Shown here one piece after another: positions 38,472-48,017 of a stretch of DNA of 64,000 bases. Each line of letters opens with the position of its first letter. Positions within the stretch are counted from its first letter, which is position 1. The notes beneath the pieces are model-generated. The model ran no database searches and was not told the origin of the DNA. It saw nothing but the letters and a program-made list of their open reading frames with translations. The position numbers were made by a program, and so were the translations under genes. Source of the stretch: Minisyncoccota bacterium (GTDB taxonomy: Bacteria > Patescibacteriota > Microgenomatia > UBA1400 > PJMF01); assembly GCA_003173865.1 (NCBI GenBank), contig PJMF01000010.1, forward strand, positions 19,088 to 83,087, given 5' to 3'.

Positions 38472-38858
38472 ATGGCAAACAACATAACACTAACAGTCAA
38501 AGAATCGGCAATGCCGGAGCCAATCCCAGTTGGGGTATATCCAGCAAAGCTCACCGATATTGAAAAAGGTGAAGGTGAATTCGGAGTTTACTTAAAATTG
38601 AAATTCACGATCACCGATGGCGAGCATAAGGACACTGAGCGATCGACGATCGCCAAGCTGACCTTAACCAAAGGCAGTAAAAAGAATTCAAAGCTGTACG
38701 ACATTGTTACAGCACTCTCAGGCAAGGCTCCTGAGGCAGAAAAAGAAATCAGCTTCAACAGCCTACTGAACAAAGAATGTCAAATCTTGGTGAAAGACAA
38801 ACCTGGAGACAAAGAAGGCTGGCAAATCATTTCTGAGGTGATGCCAGCCAACAAATAA
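38472..38858 (+). CDS. Phage-type OB-fold ssDNA-binding-like protein (DUF669-like)
   Basis: IPVGVYPAKL...LKFTITDG...LLNKECQILV; AAGGAG RBS. Confidence 0.6.
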   Translation: MANNITLTVKESAMPEPIPVGVYPAKLTDIEKGEGEFGVYLKLKFTITDGEHKDTERSTIAKLTLTKGSKKNSKLYDIVTALSGKAPEAEKEISFNSLLNKECQILVKDKPGDKEGWQIISEVMPANK

Positions 38859-38906
38859 AAAGTGAAAACAACGGAGGGCGGGTATCTGCTCGCCCTCCGC
38901 AGATAT

Positions 38907-41225
38907 ATGACTACTGTATCAAACAAAATACCATCAAACAATCTTGAGTGGCAAGAGCTCGGACAAGCCTATCTTGACCTTGGCTGGTCAATTATTCCAG
39001 TCGGCTCTGACAAAAAACCACTGGTAAAGTGGAAAGAATACCAAGATCGTAAACCTACCGTAGATGAACTCAAGGAGTGGTGCGAAAAGAGTAACTTATC
39101 TGGTTTTGCAATCGTGACGGGTAAAATCTCGGGTGTAGTTGTGTTAGACCTTGATCAAGGATCGAAGTTTGACACATCTGTACTCACTCCTACGGTTCAT
39201 TCGCAAACGGGATCAGGTGGTCACCATTATTTTTTCAAGGCTTCTGTTGAAATAGAGCTTGGCAATGCCACTGGCTTCATCGAAAAAACTGATTTTCGTG
39301 GCGAGGGCGGTTATGCAATCTTGCCCCCCTCAAAACATCCCAGTGGCAAGCAGTATTTTTGGCTGGAAAACCCTATCGATACCACATTAGCAGACTTGCC
39401 TGCCTCTCTGATCGAGCAATTGACTAAAGTACCCAAAAAAGAAAGCCTCACCGCACAAGTAAAAGAAGAGATCAACATTTTTGAAGGTGTGGGTGAATCA
39501 AAACGCAATGACTCAGCAGCCAAAGTCGTGGGTTTCTTGATGAAGTATGTGCCTCAAGATCAATGGGAAGCAGTGGTATGGCATTTACTCAAGGGCTGGA
39601 ACCGTTTAAACCAACCACCATTATCTGAAACCGAACTTCGTTCCGTGTATGAATCTATCGCAGAAAGAGCCATTTTTGACAACCAAGGGAGTGAAAAACC
39701 TAATCAGGCGCAAATTATTGTAGGCATGGTGCTCGATTCTCCGATCAAACTTTTTACCAACCAGTTCCATGAAGCCGTTTTGACATTGCCAGATTCATCA
39801 TTTTTAACTTGCAAAATTGATTCTGAAATGACGAGGCATTTACTCTTCAAAATGTTCTGGGATTCGGAGGGCAAGCCTCCCAGTGCTGAGGGAGTCAACA
39901 ATGCAATCAAAACTTTGCAGGGTATTGCCGTTTTTGATCAACCTCAAATTGAGGTATTTAATCGAGTTGGTCGAAAAGGTAACACTGTGTACTACGACAT
40001 TGGCGATGGCACTCATATTGTAAAAATTAGCCCCGATGGCTGGACGCTTGAAGCTGAGTCACCCATTTATTTCCGTCGTTTTTCTCATCAAAAGAAACAA
40101 GTACTGCCACAACGCGGTGGAAACCTTATCGAGCTTTTTAAATTCATCAATGTTCAACAAGACCCCCAAAAGCTACTTGTGCTGACGTTTCTGGTCGTGA
40201 GCTTCATTCCCGACATTCCCAGAGCAATGCTTATTCTTCATGGAGACCAAGGCTCTGCCAAATCGACACTCCTTCGTTTATTACGCGAACTTATTGACCC
40301 AAGTGAGGTGGCTCTCCTTACCCCACCAGATTCCATTCGCGAATTGGTCCAGTTTGCCAGTCATCATTACGCTATTTTTTTGGACAATCTCTCTGAGATC
40401 GCACCCAATTTTTCAGATGCAATGTGTCGCTTAATCACTGGCGATGGATTTACCAAACGACAACTATTTAGTGACGATGAGGACGTTCTATACGCCTATA
40501 AAAGGGTCGTTGGTATTTGTGGTATCAATCAGGTAGCTACCAAACCAGATTTGCTTGACCGAAGCATTATTGTTCCCCTTGAGCGCATTCCTGATGGTAT
40601 GCGCGAAGAAGAAAAACAACTTGAAGCTGAATTCGAACAAATTAAACCATACCTACTGGGCTCTCTATTTGACGCTATCTCTACCACACTTCGCCTTGCC
40701 CCAACTTTGGAGCTAACCTCCAAACCTCGTATGGCTGATTACTTCAAATACGCCACGGCAGCAGCGAAGCATTTCAACTTTACTGAAATTCAACTCGCAG
40801 ACGCATTCAATCAAAATGTGAAGCAACAAAACGAAGAAGCCATCGATTCATCACCCGTCGCCCAAACTCTGATTGAGTTCATGGCAAACCAGTCCACCTG
40901 GCAAGGCAAGAGTTCTGAACTTTACGACAAACTTGAAGACATCGCTGACAAAATTAAAATCAAAAAAGGCTTTCCTAAGGCACCCAGTTGGCTGTGGCGG
41001 AAAATCAAAGACATTCGCCCTAACCTCATGGCTTGTGGTATTTCGATCAACAAAGAAAAGCAGATTGAAGGGACATTCATTGTTATCGAGAAAAATGCTG
41101 CCACTGCTTCCAATGCCACCATAACACCAACGCAGACCGAATCAAGTCATGCAAGCAATGGAAGCACTGCAAGCACAGTTGAGGATTTATCCGAGGATGA
41201 AACGATGAAGTTGCTGGGCGCATGA
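38907..41225 (+). CDS. Prim-Pol primase/polymerase with PriCT and P-loop helicase-like domain
   Basis: TG...VVLDLD, TGSGGHH, DFRGEGGY..PPSKH; RND...WN..NQPPL...E; GDQGSAKST, LDN. Confidence 0.9.
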   Translation: MTTVSNKIPSNNLEWQELGQAYLDLGWSIIPVGSDKKPLVKWKEYQDRKPTVDELKEWCEKSNLSGFAIVTGKISGVVVLDLDQGSKFDTSVLTPTVHSQTGSGGHHYFFKASVEIELGNATGFIEKTDFRGEGGYAILPPSKHPSGKQYFWLENPIDTTLADLPASLIEQLTKVPKKESLTAQVKEEINIFEGVGESKRNDSAAKVVGFLMKYVPQDQWEAVVWHLLKGWNRLNQPPLSETELRSVYESIAERAIFDNQGSEKPNQAQIIVGMVLDSPIKLFTNQFHEAVLTLPDSSFLTCKIDSEMTRHLLFKMFWDSEGKPPSAEGVNNAIKTLQGIAVFDQPQIEVFNRVGRKGNTVYYDIGDGTHIVKISPDGWTLEAESPIYFRRFSHQKKQVLPQRGGNLIELFKFINVQQDPQKLLVLTFLVVSFIPDIPRAMLILHGDQGSAKSTLLRLLRELIDPSEVALLTPPDSIRELVQFASHHYAIFLDNLSEIAPNFSDAMCRLITGDGFTKRQLFSDDEDVLYAYKRVVGICGINQVATKPDLLDRSIIVPLERIPDGMREEEKQLEAEFEQIKPYLLGSLFDAISTTLRLAPTLELTSKPRMADYFKYATAAAKHFNFTEIQLADAFNQNVKQQNEEAIDSSPVAQTLIEFMANQSTWQGKSSELYDKLEDIADKIKIKKGFPKAPSWLWRKIKDIRPNLMACGISINKEKQIEGTFIVIEKNAATASNATITPTQTESSHASNGSTASTVEDLSEDETMKLLGA
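41095..41175. repeat. Inverted 9-bp iteron array, copy 2 (putative origin in primase 3' end)
   Basis: TGCTGCCAC-TGCTTCCAA-TGCCACCAT ... TGCAAGCAA-TGGAAGCAC-TGCAAGCA. Confidence 0.8.
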
Positions 41226-41268
41226 ATGCCACCCCACAAGCGTTGCTAATGAATCAGGAGAAAAAAAT

Positions 41269-41652
41269 ATGCAGTGTACTTATGTCAAAGCTAATAACGA
41301 ACAATGCCAAGCTAATGCCATGAAGGGCGCGGAATATTGTTTTACACATAACCCGCAAACCAGAGAACAACACGCGGCCGCAGTCCTTGCTGGTGGCAAA
41401 AACTCATCGCGAAAAGATGTGATCGAGCTTGAGCCACTGCAACTTCACAATCCTGATAATGCGATCGATCTCTTGGAGCAAACCATCAATGGAGTCCGAG
41501 ATGGGAGTATCCCACCGAATATCGCAAATACTATTGGTTACTTAGTTGGGCATCTATTAAAAGCAATTGAGGCTGCTGATCTCGATAAACGGCTTGAGTC
41601 CATTGAGCGGGTCATCTTTGAACGAAAAACTGTGGCAAAGAGGTCCAAATGA
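41269..41652 (+). CDS. Zn-finger (C-C-C-H) hypothetical protein
   Basis: QC...QCQANA...YCFTH followed by a helical region. Confidence 0.7.
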   Translation: MQCTYVKANNEQCQANAMKGAEYCFTHNPQTREQHAAAVLAGGKNSSRKDVIELEPLQLHNPDNAIDLLEQTINGVRDGSIPPNIANTIGYLVGHLLKAIEAADLDKRLESIERVIFERKTVAKRSK

Positions 41653-42941
41653 AACAATTTCCAATCAATACCATTAGCCAGGTATTAACGGCAAAAGAGC
41701 GAGCCAAAATGGTCGCCAACCTCTTCATAGAAGAAAGTGAAACGAAAGTTGATCGTAAGGGCGAAGTTGAAACGATCAAAGCTGCTATCCCAGATAGCCA
41801 AGTCAGTGAGTACAACTTTTACATGGATCTTATTTACTCGCTACAAGTCGGCATAGATCTCGATTTACAAACGCTGTACTACCAATTAGCACTCTGCGCT
41901 GCTCAATTGCAAGGTGTCTATCGAATTTTGCACATGGGTATTGTGGCTGACATCTTACTGTTTCAGTTACGTTGGTTTCCTACCATCATGACTGAAAATC
42001 AGTTTCAAAAACTCTATCAAGAACTTCGCCAAGAACAGTTGGCAGCAATATTTAGCATCGATACTTTGGCTGAACACGAAGCATTAACTATTTTCCGAAA
42101 ACAAGAGAAGTACAAAGATTGGGATTCCTATCAAATGGAGTGTGCTACTCAAGAGGAAACGTTTGAGGATAAAGAGCTTTGGTTGACGACACTCCAAAAT
42201 CAAAAAGACAAAATTGAGCATGCAATTGTCGATGGTTCACTTATGGAAGCTATCGTGACTACCGGTGACGGATACTACAGTACCGAAAACGACATCGGAA
42301 AACGCGGCATTACTGCATCAAGTTGGTATCAGTATCAAGGAAAAGAAAACCAAGATTTTAACAGCTACATTGATGAGGCCAGGCATTTGGTTCACTTCCA
42401 TAAGAACGCCGTAGCAATTGACTACTCCCCATTCGTAGATGATGAAGAAGACCATGATCGAAATAAGCAAAGAACTATGGAAATTGTCGAACAGATGGCA
42501 GTCATCAAACGAAAATACACCGATAAGTATGATGCACTTCATTTAACAGTTGATTCCAGTGTAATTGAACAAATTCGAGACATTTCCCAAACAATCAATG
42601 TGATTTACGCGAGAGTTCGTGCCTACATGAATATAACGGTTCAAATTGAAAACACTTATTTTGACGGTCAGGAAGTTGTCTCTCGCAAACTCTGGTCAGG
42701 CACAAAAGCGAAAGACGCGTATGAACAAGTTAAGCTCTCCTATCAAGAAATGATCAAGGAAATTCTTGAGTATTTTGGCAAGATGTTTTCTGAAAAGGTA
42801 AGTTTTGAAAATCCTGAAATTGCCGACATCTTTGAGCATTCAACTGGTGAATACCAAAAAAACTTTGATGAAACTTTAGATAGCTTGATGGAAAGCGCCA
42901 AGAAAAGGAGTGGTTTCCGTCCAAGATATTTACCAAGTTGA
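41649..42941 (+). CDS. Hypothetical protein
   Basis: 430 aa ORF with ATGA overlap. Confidence 0.75.
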   Translation: MKQFPINTISQVLTAKERAKMVANLFIEESETKVDRKGEVETIKAAIPDSQVSEYNFYMDLIYSLQVGIDLDLQTLYYQLALCAAQLQGVYRILHMGIVADILLFQLRWFPTIMTENQFQKLYQELRQEQLAAIFSIDTLAEHEALTIFRKQEKYKDWDSYQMECATQEETFEDKELWLTTLQNQKDKIEHAIVDGSLMEAIVTTGDGYYSTENDIGKRGITASSWYQYQGKENQDFNSYIDEARHLVHFHKNAVAIDYSPFVDDEEDHDRNKQRTMEIVEQMAVIKRKYTDKYDALHLTVDSSVIEQIRDISQTINVIYARVRAYMNITVQIENTYFDGQEVVSRKLWSGTKAKDAYEQVKLSYQEMIKEILEYFGKMFSEKVSFENPEIADIFEHSTGEYQKNFDETLDSLMESAKKRSGFRPRYLPS

Positions 42942-42976
42942 CATATATGGCAATTGATCGAAAATAATAGGAGAAG

Positions 42977-44527
42977 GTGGCAAAGATGTATCAGCAACTG
43001 AATGGCTCTGACGACTACGCTAGTGTCAAAAACTGCCTACTCTATGCCCGTGTGAGCACGGATCGCCAAGTACGTGAGGGTCATTCTTTTGAAGACCAAA
43101 TCGAGCGATTAAGTAAGTTCGCCCGAGATCGAAACTGGCATATTATCGATGTGTATAAAGATGGGGGTAAAAGTGGTGGCTCAACTACTGGCAGACCAGA
43201 GTTTAACCGCATGCTTGAACGATGTGCCAGTGATCCAGAAGTTCATGCCGTTTTGCTCGAAGAAACTGACCGCTTCGCCCGCAATGCTCAGGATCATTTA
43301 GCCGTCAAATCATTTCTCAAAAAACATAACGTACTCTTGATAGCAACCGAGCAACCCAACTTCGGTGATGACCCAGTCGGAAAGTTTGTCGACTTAATCA
43401 TGGCTGGAGCCAACCAACTACAACGCGAAATAACTGGTCAAAAAACCAAACGCACAATGGTCTCACTTGCTGAGAAAGGTATCCAACCTGGCCCTGCCAT
43501 TATTGGGTATCGTAACTCTTATAAAAAGGGTGAGCCTTGGTCGATTGATCAAGAACGTGAGTACTTTGTCAAAGAAGTTTTTCGCCGTTACCACACTGCG
43601 ATGTACTCCATTTATCGATTAGAAGATGAATTGTTCAATGAAGGGTTTCGCACTCCAAAAAGCTGCCGTGTTCGAGCTAACGCCATTGCGCGAATGTTGG
43701 TCGATGTCCGTTATGCTGGGAAAGTGCTGTACGACGGAAAGACCTATGATGGTCTTCACCCTTGCATCGTCACCATGGAAGATATACAAAAATCAAAGGA
43801 CATTATGCAAAAACACAATAAAGGTGCAGACCGCACTCGCAAACACAACTGGTTTTTGGCTGGCCTGGCATATTGCAAAACATGCGGCACATTGATGTCT
43901 GGCGAGCAACATATCAAAGAGACTGGTCAAATCAATTTGTATTACCGGTGTCTTGGTCAAAAGAGCTATGGCAAAAGCTGCACAGAACCATATGCCATCA
44001 TGGATGACATTCACGATCAACTGGAAACGTGGATTAAAGGTTTGAAATTTGAAGAAGGTTTCTACGATGGACTGCGCCAAGAGCTATATGGCTTAATGCA
44101 AAGCCAAGGCTCAGATGTCCCGAGCCAAATACGTACACTCAAAAAACGGAAAATGGTAATTGAGAAAAAGATGGATGCGCTCGAAGATCAATTATTTGGC
44201 GAGATTGTTTCTAAAGAGCGCATTGAAAAGAAATATGCGCCACTTCGTAAAGAGTTAGAAAAGGTCGAGTCACAGATTGCAGCACTGAGTAAACCATCAG
44301 CGAACTTAGATGAAAAGAAAATTGAAAAGATCATCGACTTTTTGAAACGTTTACCCGAGCTCTATAAAGCTTTCACCAAACCAGAACGAAAACTGTTCTT
44401 ACACTGGCTCGTCAAAAATATCTGGATACAAGGCAAAAAAATCGTCGATGTGAGTTACACCGAAGGCTTCCAAGCCTTAATCGACCGTGATTTGGTTCGG
44501 ATAAGCAACACGTGGCTCCTCGGCTAG
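42977..44527 (+). CDS. Large serine recombinase (integrase)
   Basis: YARVSTDRQ, GRPEF, DRFARN, recombinase domain, Zn ribbon CKTCG...YYRC...C, coiled coil; last codons lie antisense in the tRNA. Confidence 0.97.
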   Translation: MAKMYQQLNGSDDYASVKNCLLYARVSTDRQVREGHSFEDQIERLSKFARDRNWHIIDVYKDGGKSGGSTTGRPEFNRMLERCASDPEVHAVLLEETDRFARNAQDHLAVKSFLKKHNVLLIATEQPNFGDDPVGKFVDLIMAGANQLQREITGQKTKRTMVSLAEKGIQPGPAIIGYRNSYKKGEPWSIDQEREYFVKEVFRRYHTAMYSIYRLEDELFNEGFRTPKSCRVRANAIARMLVDVRYAGKVLYDGKTYDGLHPCIVTMEDIQKSKDIMQKHNKGADRTRKHNWFLAGLAYCKTCGTLMSGEQHIKETGQINLYYRCLGQKSYGKSCTEPYAIMDDIHDQLETWIKGLKFEEGFYDGLRQELYGLMQSQGSDVPSQIRTLKKRKMVIEKKMDALEDQLFGEIVSKERIEKKYAPLRKELEKVESQIAALSKPSANLDEKKIEKIIDFLKRLPELYKAFTKPERKLFLHWLVKNIWIQGKKIVDVSYTEGFQALIDRDLVRISNTWLLG

Positions 44528-44776
44528 GATTCGAACCTAGAACCATCTCCTTACAAAGGTCCCTTAGTTACCTAAAGGTTTGGACTATCTTATCCGCCAA
44601 ACTGTGTTTGGTGGCTGGGTATATAGTCTCTACACATTTACCCCGCCGCGGCGGGGATTTAGCTCGGGATTTTCCTCTGAAGAGGAGTTCCCCGAATTAG
44701 CCCAGTTTTCCACTATCTATTACTAGACAGCGCTGCCATGTAACAGGGAGCCGCGCTACCATTGCGCCACCGAGGA
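44513..44776 (-). tRNA. tRNA-Asn(GTT) with intron (exons 44743-44776 and 44513-44553)
   Basis: Spliced 75 nt: TCCTCGG TG GCGC AATGGTA GCGC G GCTCC CTGT^TAA GGAGA TGGTT CTAGG TTCGAAT CCTAG CCGAGGA G CCA. Confidence 0.93.
44554..44742 (-). ncRNA. Group I intron (189 nt, ORF-less)
   Basis: 5' exon ends in U and intron ends in G; P AATTCGGGGAA, Q AATCCCGAGC, R GTAGAGACTA, S AAGATAGTCC. Confidence 0.9.
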
Positions 44777-44839
44777 ATGTTAAGCTACGTCCGCTATTTT
44801 ATCAGCAAAAATCAGAGAAATCTATGCTATTCTGGAAGC

Positions 44840-45301
44840 ATGTTGAAACCTCCTTCCAAAGCTCCCACATTTGCACTTCCAGATCAAGACGGAGCTACTC
44901 ATACGCTTGAGCAATACAAAGGCAAGTGGTTGGTGGTGTATTTCTATCCCAAAGACGACACACCTGGCTGCACAAAGGAAGCGTGCTCGTTTCGCGATAG
45001 CTTCAACGAACTTCAAAAACGTAACGTGGCAGTATTCGGCATTTCCAAAGATTCTGTGAAATCACATAAAAAATTTCAAGAAAAATTTCACTTAAACTTT
45101 CCGTTATTAAGCGATATATCCACGGAAATTATTCAGAAATTCGGCGTTTGGGTACCAAAAAAATTCATGGGCCGCGAGTATACAGGCATCGCGCGCACAA
45201 CATTTTTAATTGATCCTGAGGGAAAAATTGCGAAAGTATTTGAAAATGTCAATCCAGTTGATCATGCGGCAGAGATCCTTAGTGCGCTGCCATCTGCTTA
45301 A
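44840..45301 (+). CDS. bcp: Peroxiredoxin BCP
   Basis: YFYPKDDTPGCTKEAC; start corrected to MLKPP. Confidence 0.95.
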   Translation: MLKPPSKAPTFALPDQDGATHTLEQYKGKWLVVYFYPKDDTPGCTKEACSFRDSFNELQKRNVAVFGISKDSVKSHKKFQEKFHLNFPLLSDISTEIIQKFGVWVPKKFMGREYTGIARTTFLIDPEGKIAKVFENVNPVDHAAEILSALPSA

Positions 45302-45403
45302 ACCCCATTAACTAAAAACTAACGCAATCAAAAATTTCCTACAGTTTTTGTCATGTTGGTACAGTACGCTTCCTGATATTTTCTCAATAAGAAGGGAGCT
45401 TTT

Positions 45404-45854
45404 ATGGGCAACACTTTAGAAACAGTTTATGCATTTATTGATAGTCAAAATGTCAACTTGGGTATTCAGGGAGCTGGTTGGAGACTTGATTTTGCTCGTT
45501 TTAACGTTTACTTGAAAGATAAATACCATGTTAAAACGGCATTTTTGTTCATTGGATATGTTGCTACATACCAAAAGTTGTACGATTTTTTGGGAAAGGC
45601 TGGCTATATTTTAATTTTCAAACACACACTTGATTTGCATGGGTTAATCAAAGGCAATGTTGACGCAGAACTGGTATTACACACGATGATTCAGTACCCC
45701 AATTATGATCAGGCGATTATTATTTCTGGCGACGGAGATTTTTATTGCTTAGTGGAATATTTAGCAAAAAAAATTTTCCCAATTATTCATGAAGTTTGAA
45801 GGACACCTCGAGTATATAAGTAAATTTAAAGAGAAACTTGCAAAAAAACCATAA
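45404..45854 (+). pseudogene. NYN-domain protein with frameshifted 3' end
   Basis: FIDSQN, KGNVD, SGDGDF; after the A8 run a plausible tail (FSQLFMKF...KEKL) continues in another frame. Confidence 0.7.
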
Positions 45855-45948
45855 AAACGGGGGGCTCGCCTTTAAGTACTAATCCTAAATGCTTCTCCCC
45901 CCTCGTAATTGAGTGAATTATAACAAACGCAAAAACTCCGGACAAGCA

Positions 45949-47037
45949 TCATTCCAAGAAATCCTGCAACCTCTTTCGCTTACTCGGATGGCGCAACTTG
46001 CGCAAAGCTTTGGCTTCGATTTGGCGGATACGTTCACGAGTGACACCAAACTTTTGACCAACTTCTTCGAGTGTCATTGGGCGAGAACCATTTAAGCCAA
46101 AACGCATCTTCAGCACACGCGCTTCGCGGTCGCTCAGCGCGTTCAACACCTCATCCACATTCTCCTTGAGCATGCGCTGACTCGTCGCGTCATACGGCGA
46201 AATCTGTGTGTCATCAGCGATAAAGTCACCCAAGTAACTGTCGTCTTCGTCACCAATTGGCGTTTCGAGCGAAGTTGTCTTCTGGGAAATCTTCAAAATC
46301 TCGCGAACCCGATCGGGCTCCATATCCATGACCTTGCCGATTTCCTCGGGGGTCGGCTCGCGGCCAAGATCTTGCATCAACTTGCGCGACGTGCGCATCA
46401 ACTTGTTGATCGTCTCGACCATGTGGACCGGAATACGAATCGTCCGAGCTTGGTCCGCAATCGCGCGTGTAATCGCTTGGCGAATCCACCACGTTGCATA
46501 CGTGGAAAACTTAAAGCCTTTGGTCCAGTCATACTTCTCGACCGCGCGAATGAGACCTTTGTTTCCTTCTTGAATGAGATCCAAGAACGTCATTCCGCGA
46601 CCAATATATTTCTTGGCAATCGAGACAACTAAACGGAGATTAGAGGCGGTCAACTTCTCTTTTGCTTTGGGATCACCAGCCTCAGTACGCTGCGCCAGAT
46701 CGATTTCCTGCTCACGATTGAGCAATGGAATGCGCCCAATTTCCTTGAGGTACATGCGCACCGGATCAGTACCAGCTTTAGAATCTAAAGTGGTCAACAT
46801 TTCCAGTTCGCGCTGAATCTCATTGGGACCTTCCGGTTCTTCTTCCGAAACGGATTCAAAAATATCGATGTTGTTCTTGAGAATGTTATCGTAAAACTCA
46901 TCCAAAATATCGATGTACAGCTCTGGCTCGATAATCGCTTCGAGTACTTCTTCTTGCGTGACAAAACCACGACTTATCGCCTTTTTTAGCAATGTATCGA
47001 TATCACTCTGGATGGCTTGGGTTACTTTGGCGGTCAT
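45949..47037 (-). CDS. rpoD: Primary sigma factor
   Basis: [43 protein letters not shown]. Confidence 0.97.
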   Translation of the reverse strand: MTAKVTQAIQSDIDTLLKKAISRGFVTQEEVLEAIIEPELYIDILDEFYDNILKNNIDIFESVSEEEPEGPNEIQRELEMLTTLDSKAGTDPVRMYLKEIGRIPLLNREQEIDLAQRTEAGDPKAKEKLTASNLRLVVSIAKKYIGRGMTFLDLIQEGNKGLIRAVEKYDWTKGFKFSTYATWWIRQAITRAIADQARTIRIPVHMVETINKLMRTSRKLMQDLGREPTPEEIGKVMDMEPDRVREILKISQKTTSLETPIGDEDDSYLGDFIADDTQISPYDATSQRMLKENVDEVLNALSDREARVLKMRFGLNGSRPMTLEEVGQKFGVTRERIRQIEAKALRKLRHPSKRKRLQDFLE

Positions 47038-47078
47038 GTTCTATTTTCCTTGGGGCTTAGGGCGTCATTATACAATAA

Positions 47079-47103
47079 ACTTGCCCCTAAATTAGGGGCA
47101 AGT
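47079..47103. terminator. Perfect hairpin between dsbA-like gene and rpoD (terminator or operator)
   Basis: ACTTGCCCCTAA-A-TTAGGGGCAAGT. Confidence 0.55.
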
Positions 47104-47123
47104 CAACGTTTTTGATGTTAAGG

Positions 47124-48017
47124 TTAGTTTGCCTTATCCAAAATTGCTTGGAAAGCGGACAATGGTTGGGCACCGACCACTGGCTGCTTCTCGATAAAGA
47201 AGGTTGGCGTACCGTTGGCACCAACTTTTTGGCCAAGTGCAGCTGAGTCATCAACCACTTTGCCGAACTTTTCAGTTTTTACACAGTCCATTAATTGGTC
47301 ACCGTTCATCCCTGCCGCTTTGGCGTACTCACCATATTTTTTAATTGCGTCATCTTTACTTAGGACTGCCCAGTCGTTTTGGTGAGAGAAGAGTGCATCG
47401 TGCATAGCTTCGAGATTCTTATCTTTATTCGCACCCATGAAGCCACCTTGGTCAGCGGCACAACGAGCTGCAAGTGCCCCGATACGAGCATTTGGATGCA
47501 TACTCAATGGCTCATCTTGCATCACTAATTTTAGTTTACCAGTGTCAATATACTGCTTTTTGAGTTGCGGATAGGTCTCGGTAAAGTGACGGCCACAGAA
47601 TGGACATTGATAATCGGTAAACTCCACCATTGTTAACTTTGCATCTTTATTCCCGATGATACCAGATGGATTTTCTTGAATTTTTTGCCAATCAGCGTCG
47701 CTGAGTGGCTGTGCTGGAGCTGCGTCTGGTTGTGCGGCTGGTGCTGCTGCAACTGAACCTCCTTTGACAAAGCCATCTTTGAGCATTTTATTTTCTGTCC
47801 AAATTGAGCCAGCTAAGAAACCTACCATGAAAATCGCGAGTGCCATGAAAAGCAACCCTGCATTATTCATGATAAAAAACATCATTGCATTGGCAGAGTA
47901 CGGTCCAACGGCGCGCATTTCCTTTTTTTCTGGAGTGGTCTTTACAATTTTTTCAGCTTTTGCTGCCGGTACTTTTGCAACTGGTGTTTTTTTGGAACGA
48001 ACTGCTACTTTTGCCAT
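47124..48017 (-). CDS. Membrane-anchored DsbA-family oxidoreductase
   Basis: EFTDYQCPFC, GTPTF, GAQP. Confidence 0.92.
   Translation of the reverse strand: MAKVAVRSKKTPVAKVPAAKAEKIVKTTPEKKEMRAVGPYSANAMMFFIMNNAGLLFMALAIFMVGFLAGSIWTENKMLKDGFVKGGSVAAAPAAQPDAAPAQPLSDADWQKIQENPSGIIGNKDAKLTMVEFTDYQCPFCGRHFTETYPQLKKQYIDTGKLKLVMQDEPLSMHPNARIGALAARCAADQGGFMGANKDKNLEAMHDALFSHQNDWAVLSKDDAIKKYGEYAKAAGMNGDQLMDCVKTEKFGKVVDDSAALGQKVGANGTPTFFIEKQPVVGAQPLSAFQAILDKAN

Larger units (their letters stand above)
28913..44519. mobile_element. Integrative primase/serine-recombinase element (about 15.6 kb, capsid-less) at the tRNA-Asn 3' end
   Basis: GCTCC direct repeat at both ends; joined ends rebuild an attP-like palindrome; XRE, DUF5659, SSB-like, primase, recombinase and cargo genes. 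Confidence 0.85.

Noticed and set aside
28913-44519. Intact prophage or ICE
   Set aside because: No recognisable capsid, terminase large subunit, tail, relaxase or T4SS genes.
44512-44839. ORF 44512-44700, the bcp extension from 44762, and a possible homing endonuclease
   Set aside because: Antisense translations of the tRNA and intron; the intron is only 189 nt.
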